Origin: the human T2T-CHM13v2.0 reference genome, Homo sapiens
Length of the DNA stretch: 64,000 nucleotides
Direction: 5' to 3' (one strand)
Assembly (NCBI RefSeq): GCF_009914755.1
Contig: NC_060933.1
The notes below the pieces were generated by a model. The model had not been told where the DNA came from, searched no databases, and worked only from the letters and a program-made list of their open reading frames with translations. Of the stretch, positions 57,301 through 64,000 are shown one piece after another; positions within the stretch are counted from its first letter, which is position 1; the number at the start of each line of letters is the position of its first letter. The translations under genes and the position numbers were made by a program.

Positions 57301-57841
57301 GTGATTCCTGCTAATCTTGGAGCTCCCGGAGAATACTGAAAATATTTTATTTATTCCTGTATTCCCAGTACCTAGGAGAACACCTGTCCACTTCCTCCAT
57401 TCATATACATTTCTGTTTTACTCCAAAGTACATATGATTTTACAATTATGCTTTTGCCACAATTTATAGCACAAAATCTTGACAGCAGTGACTATACTGT
57501 ACTCCCTTCTGTGTCCCCTGAATCAGAGTTCCATATACCCAAGAAATGTTCAGCAAATTTTGGTTGAATCAAATCAAACTGAAGACGTAAGAATAAACAG
57601 CATTGAAATCTCTAGTCTGAATGATCAGATGCACGATAGTACCATAGAAAAATATATATATTTAAGAAAAAGAACTATGTGAGCTAAAGGAATAAAGGGG
57701 TTCTAACATATTTCAGGAAATTAATTAAACACCCTGGAAGGGAGTGAGTTTTTTGACAAAAGGAAATGCTTAGGCAGGGGGGGCAATTTTGACAGAAGAG
57801 ATTTAGAGACTTAACCATCGATTTGTAGCAAATGGACTAGT

Positions 57842-58117
57842 TCCAGAACTTTGGGAGGCCGAGGCGGGTGGATCACGAGGTCAGGAGATTAAGACCATCC
57901 TGGGTAACACGGTGAAACCCCGTCTCTACTAAAAAAATACAAAAAAAAAAAATTAGTCAGGCATGGTGGCAGGCACCCGTAGTCCCAGCTACTCAGGAGG
58001 CTGAGGCAGGAGAATGGCGTGAGCCCGGGAGGCGGAGCTTGCAGTGAGCCGAGATCACACGACTGCACTCCAGCCTGGGCAACAGAGCGAGACTCCATCT
58101 CAAAAAAAAAAAAGAAA
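57842..58117 (+). mobile_element. AluY, 5'-truncated by about 28 nt
   Basis: Starts at tccagaactttgggagg; Y-diagnostic gaatggcgtga…ggagcttgcagtgag; TSD core GACTAGTT. Confidence 0.95.
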
Positions 58118-58223
58118 GACAGTAGACTAGTTGTCCAGGGCCATTGATTAGAAACATCCCAGAAGCAAATGGAAAAGGAAATGTTCAGAATGTAGATTCA
58201 GTCACAGTCTTAAGAATACCCTG

Positions 58224-58323
58224 TTGATAGGTACAGCAAACCACTATGGCAAACGTTATCCTATGCAACAAACCTGCACATCCTGCACATGTGCCTGGAA
58301 CTTAAAATAAATTAAATTAACAA
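58224..58323 (+). mobile_element. 100-bp L1PA (older primate) 3'-terminal insertion
   Basis: ttgataggtacagcaaaccactatggc…acaaacctgcacatcctgcacatgt…aacttaaaataaa; TSD AAGAATA(C/T)CCTG at 58212-58223 and 58324-58335. Confidence 0.9.
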
Positions 58324-61315
58324 AAGAATATCCTGCCTTGACAGGCTAGTCCAGAATGATGCGCTGAAGAAGGCACTAGGAATACAGAGAGAAATAAAAT
58401 ACATTACCTACCTTCAAATTATTCCTAAAGCTATCTGTTTCTCATGGTTTTATAAGCCAAGATATTCTATTTGAACTCTTTCAAGTTAGACTTTTACAAT
58501 CTAAAATTAAGGAAATCTGGGTTAATGTAAACATTTACCATTGTTTTTCTCAACATATCATTTTTTTAAAAAGGCTTTTGATTTCTTGAATGAAATATAA
58601 AGAAAACCCATTGTCTTGAAGAGAAGGTTCATTAAATATTATCTCCTTTTCTCTTCTCTTTAACTAAGTACTTAGAGGCCTGGCAATTCCCAGGTATGTT
58701 TGAGCAAGTTGATTGGTCTCAATCAGTGGATTAGAAATTAGGCTTTTAAAAATACATAGAGATTATTGATTGTCTAGGATGTTTGTTCTCAATTAACAAG
58801 GAGCAAGAAGACCTGAGGAGAGAAAGGCCAGTGAGGAATCTTTCTTCTCTCCTTCCACTAATGGCCCTGTTCTGCCTCTTTGAGACGATCATTAAAACTT
58901 CACACAGCTTATCTTTGTTTCTTATTCTGAGTGAAGGGAGGAGTCTGTGGGCATATAAACCAGACAGTCCTTTCGTTACTCTACAGCCAGAATGATAATA
59001 GCATTGCTTAACCGGTTCGTATCTCTGAGTTTCATTGTCTGTCTCTCTTAGGATTTAAATTAGTTTTGGCAGTAGCATCTCTTTCTTGACAAACACTGTA
59101 AACATCATAACCATCTTCTGCAGTCATCATAATACTAACTCCTCATTGCCTGATGACAATAGTAATCATAATCATGATTTAGGTATAAATGTGCTTTCCA
59201 TGGAATGTATCAACTTGCTATCTTCAGTAGATTTCTATGGCCCCTTTAGAATTTTGTGTCTCAGTGAGTGTGTTTACAGTGATGCTTATGAAAAAGAGTT
59301 CACCAATTCCAGCCCCAAATAGTTACATTTCTGTCTGATTATTCACATTTTTTCTGTCTTCTAGGAAAGTGCATGGTCAGATTTATCTTGTTTGCTCTTC
59401 TGGAAGCCAAATTTAGGAGAATGTGTATTTGAAAGATAGCTGATCAAATGCTGAGTCATCTAAAATACATTGTCAGAGACATCTGAGTTTTGGCTTTAGC
59501 TGGAAGTTCTTCACATTGGTCTGTCTTCCCACACAAAGACAAGTTAAAAATGGGCCTGATCATTTAGGCTGACAAATATAATGGCCTGAAAAATAGCACT
59601 TACTCTATTCCAAATATTGTACCAAGACTATTGTAAACATCATCATGCTTTCCCCCACAACGACTATGTCCATTTTATAGATGATGCTGTTGAGGCTCTG
59701 AGAGATGAACTGCCCAAGGCAGCTGCTAATTATGGAGCCAGGATTTGAAGTCTAGAGTCTACTCTCTTCATTTAACAGAATGAGTTCTCCCTGACTCTGC
59801 ACTTGGTACATTCCTCTAGCAGAGTCAGTCTCACAATGGACTTTCATTGTTTACTTAAGCTTTGCCTCCTCTACCAGGTTTGCTAATTTCTTGACCATCA
59901 GTGGGGACTCAGTAAATATTTGTGCAAAAATGGAACGAATGCATGAAGGAAAAAATGAGTATATGAATGCAAGACAAAACACATAAAATAAATGGATATT
60001 TTTTTCCTAGATTCTTCTGTGACTCTTTCCTTAGACTTTTTCTGATTTGCCTCTCCTTAGATGTAATGGATACTATGCATCATCATTTATACAATTTAGT
60101 GAACCTTTACAGAATGGAATTCTGTGCAAGTCCTTTTGATGCAAAACTAACTTAGGCCAAACCCTGCTCCCAAATGCTTATTATGTAGAGAGACAGGCAG
60201 GAACATAATCATCCAACTACGGTTGGTATGTGGCAAACAGAGGTTTGTGTGAAATATCCATCTGAGCAGGACTGAGGATCTGAAGATCTCACAGGGCAGG
60301 TAGTGCTTGAATTAGGCCCTGAAGGATGAGTGGATTTCAGAAAATTAGTGCTTCACCACCAGAGGATTTCCTTCTTTCTTTCTCTAGGGGTTCGACAAGG
60401 AAGGGGTTAAGAGAGGCCATGGCAATAAGAACTGTTTATGGCATACAAGTTAAGCCAGAGTGACATGACTCAAGTACATATGGAGGCCCTATATTCTGGA
60501 GTATGAATAAACTGCCCACAGCACCATGACTGTCTCTGAGAGCATCTTTTTATCTCTAGGAGAAACAATCCACATTCTTTATTACAGTGTCCTCGGCAAC
60601 TTCTCCTGCAGGGTATAGCCCTTCCTCCTGTCAACTCTTAATAGAAGTGATTTGTTTACATTTAGCAGGAAGGGAGGAGACAAGGAACTGCATCTTATCA
60701 TCCAGTCTGCCCCTGCCTTTCAGAGGTATCCACTGCCATGTTATAACCATGGAACCCAGACACTCAGAGCAAAGCAGACACCTAGGCTGGCCATATAATC
60801 TTCCTCTCCCAAACTCCATTCATCCTGGGTGGAAAATGGGCCAAGTGAGATACTCATCTGGTTAAGACCCAATGGCATGACAAAGCGAGGCAAGCAGGGG
60901 CAGGGAGACTGCAGGGAGCTCTAGGTGCTTGGGAGTTTGTCCACATGCCTAGAACCAACCAAGAAGCTTGGGGATTGGGGCTTCAAGCCAAAGGGTACTG
61001 ATGACAAAAGATGAGATTAATGTCTTCCTGGACTCCTGTCACATTCCAATTGGAAAACTGCATCGATGACTATGGTGTTTGGTCTCTTGCTGTCTCACGA
61101 GCTGCAAGATGGTCTTGATTTCTTCCGGCATAGTGACAGTCCATGCTGTAATGCTGGTCTTCATCATCTCTTGCCTTGAGTGTGACATTAACCTCCTCAG
61201 TGTTTTTCCTGCTCCTGCTTTTATCCACCCCAAACCCATTCTCCACATTATAAAAAAAAAATTATCCATCATCTTCCTTTTAAAATCCATCACTCTCTTT
61301 ACATCATATGCAGAA

Positions 61316-61515
61316 GCACTGTCCACAGAAATTTCTACAATGATGGAAATGCTCTTCATCTACTCCAGTATGGCAGCCACTAGCCACAAGTGTATACTGA
61401 GCTTTGAAATATAGTTCATGCAACTGAGAAACTGAAACTTTAATTGAGATTACTTTCAATTACTTTATATTTTAAAAGTCACACATGTCTAATGACTACC
61501 CTATTAGATATTGTA
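61316..61515. mobile_element. MER3 hAT-Charlie MITE
   Basis: gcactgtccacagaaatttctacaatgatggaaatg…atggcagccactagccaca…gcaactgagaaactgaa. Confidence 0.85.
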
Positions 61516-61539
61516 AATCTACAGGATGGTGTCCGAGCC

Positions 61540-61768
61540 CTTGACCATCAGTGGAGACTCAGGAAATATTTGTGCAACAATGGAATGAATGCATGAAGGA
61601 AAGAATGAATATATGAATGCAAGACAAAACACATAAAATAAATGGATATTTTCTTTCCTAGATTCTTCTGTGACTCTTTCCTAGACTTTTACAATCTAAA
61701 ATCAAGGAAATCTGGGTTAATGTAAACATTTACCATTGTTTTTCTCAGCATATCATTTTTTTTTTTTT
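61540..61768 (+). repeat. Chimeric local duplicate of 59890-60040 plus 58487-58567
   Basis: Direct alignment by eye gives about 95% identity to both donors, joined at TAGACTTTT. Confidence 0.95.
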
Positions 61769-62899
61769 ACCCTGGCACTGAAAGCTCTTTATGATCTAGT
61801 CCCTATTTACATTATTTGTTTTATTTCCTATCTGGTTTTTCCACAAATAAGCTAAACTCTTTTTTTTAAACCTCTATGCCTTTGTGTCAGGTGCTCTAGA
61901 TTTCAAGATTTCAAGATGGAGACTAAATGTTCATCTTCTGGGAAGCCTGTCTCAACTTCTTTTTCTCCATAGAATGAATCACTGCTTCCCCTATACTCTC
62001 AAAGATCACTGAATCTGCTTCTGTTATAGCATCTGTCACATTGTATTGCAGTTATTTGTTTACCTGGGCCTCTCACCCACTAGCCTGGGAACTCCAAAGA
62101 ACAGGGATTAACTCTTATTCATCCCTGTAAGACTATCACCCAAGGAAGTACACATCAATAAATGCGTGGTGAACAGATGCAAACCTGCAGAATAAATTTA
62201 TTATTTAATCAATCAGTGTTTAGTTCAAAGAGCTCCCTGAACTGACAGAGCCATTAGTAAACTTTTGCAACATCAAAGACACTGAGGACAGCCCATGATG
62301 TCAGGCACAGATTTGTATCCATGCAACGGTGCCTCTAGTCAACATGGAGGGTCAACATGGAACTTTCAAATTCACTTTACATCTGAAAACACTTGGACTT
62401 GGGTGGATGATGCTCCAGGCTGAGAGGTTAAGCTGAAAGACGCTTGAAACTTCAGATGCCTAGGATGAGAAAGCAGAATCCCAAAGCCTCTGGATGCTCA
62501 GAATTTTTTAATAGTTACTTATAAATGCTTTTAGGAACCTCGTTATTCTTTACACAAGAGTAAGAGGAGGGGAAGTATTAAATTTTCTTCTATAAAAGGT
62601 ACTATTGTTGATTGAGATTCTACCATGCCACGTTATATCATTTGATCAAATGATACATGTAATATATATTATATATCCTTGGATCAAATGATATACATTA
62701 TATCCTTTGATCTTCTTTAAAAAACTCTACGGCATTGCTATCTACAGTTTGCAGATGATAAAACAGGAGCTCAGAAAGGAGAAATGATTTTGCAAGGTCT
62801 CCCATATGGTAAATGGTAAAGACAGGATTAAAACCCAAGCCTAACTCTAAAACACAATTTCCCGGCTCCTTTTTTCATACAACTGGAGACAACACATGA

Positions 62900-63425
<526 letters not shown>

Positions 63426-64000
63426 AGGACCAGGTCTCTAATCTCAGACCAGAATCTTTCCAGACTATTGCCAGTTTCATTAAAATGAAACTTCTGACAA
63501 TCTCTTTGCTGTACATCACTGTAGCAGCAAGATTTTGGGGACACAAGCACATACCCTGCGGACCTCAGGGTCCACTGTGATACAGACACTCCAGAAAGCA
63601 GTTTGGTCATCTGCATCAAGGGTCTTAAAGCTGTTCAAAAGAATTGACTGAGTAACTGGTCTCACTTCCTGGAAGTCATCCTAAGAAAACGATCTGTGAT
63701 GTGGGCAAAGATTGTCATTTCAGCCTTACTTATAACAGCAAAAACAAAACGAAACACCAAAAAGCAGCAAACTTACATGACCTCAAATCAAGATAACAAT
63801 AGCTCCTAACATATAGGATTGTTAGAAGAAATAATTGATATGAAAGACACTTAACCCAGTGCCCGGCCCATAGTTAGCAATTAGTTAAATCAGACACCTC
63901 TGACCTTTCACATTTGTCACTTCTAGAGCCCATGGACAATATGATGTGAACCAAGCCAGACTAAGTAAGATAAATTCCTGGTTTGGAGGTTTGCAAAAAT

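Larger units (their letters stand above)
61080..62180 (+). mobile_element. L2 LINE 3' part, interrupted by MER3 and a templated insertion
   Basis: catcatctcttgcctt…ccctggcactgaaagctctttatgatctag…cttctgggaagcct…caataaatgcgtggtgaa. Confidence 0.7.

Noticed and set aside
61540-61768. Retrocopy or back-spliced RNA origin for the chimeric duplicate
   Set aside because: The T-run is at the wrong end for a poly(A) tail and derives from the donor; there is no TSD; the junction is microhomology, not GT-AG.

Overview
This is primate, most likely human, non-coding genomic DNA. It is CpG-depleted and repeat-rich (AluJ/S/Y, L1PA, MIR, L2, L3, ERVL/MaLR/ERV1 solo LTRs, hAT MITEs). I can support no protein-coding gene, structural RNA gene or CRISPR-like array. 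The only ORFs with real protein similarity are decayed LINE-1 ORF2 fragments at 18.4-20.2 kb; the rest look like chance ORFs or Alu/simple-repeat translations. I could not identify the locus, so it may be intergenic or intronic. Repeat names come from recalled consensus sequences, and the boundaries of old repeats are approximate. I found no credible new biological system. The most notable structures are (1) a ~230-bp two-part templated insertion at 61540-61768, copied from 59890-60040 and 58487-58567 and joined at a shared TAGACTTTT microhomology; (2) a textbook twin-primed, 5'-inverted L1PA with target-site duplications; (3) a MER41B LTR retaining one intact STAT GAS motif; and (4) several CpG-retaining unique patches that may be enhancers.
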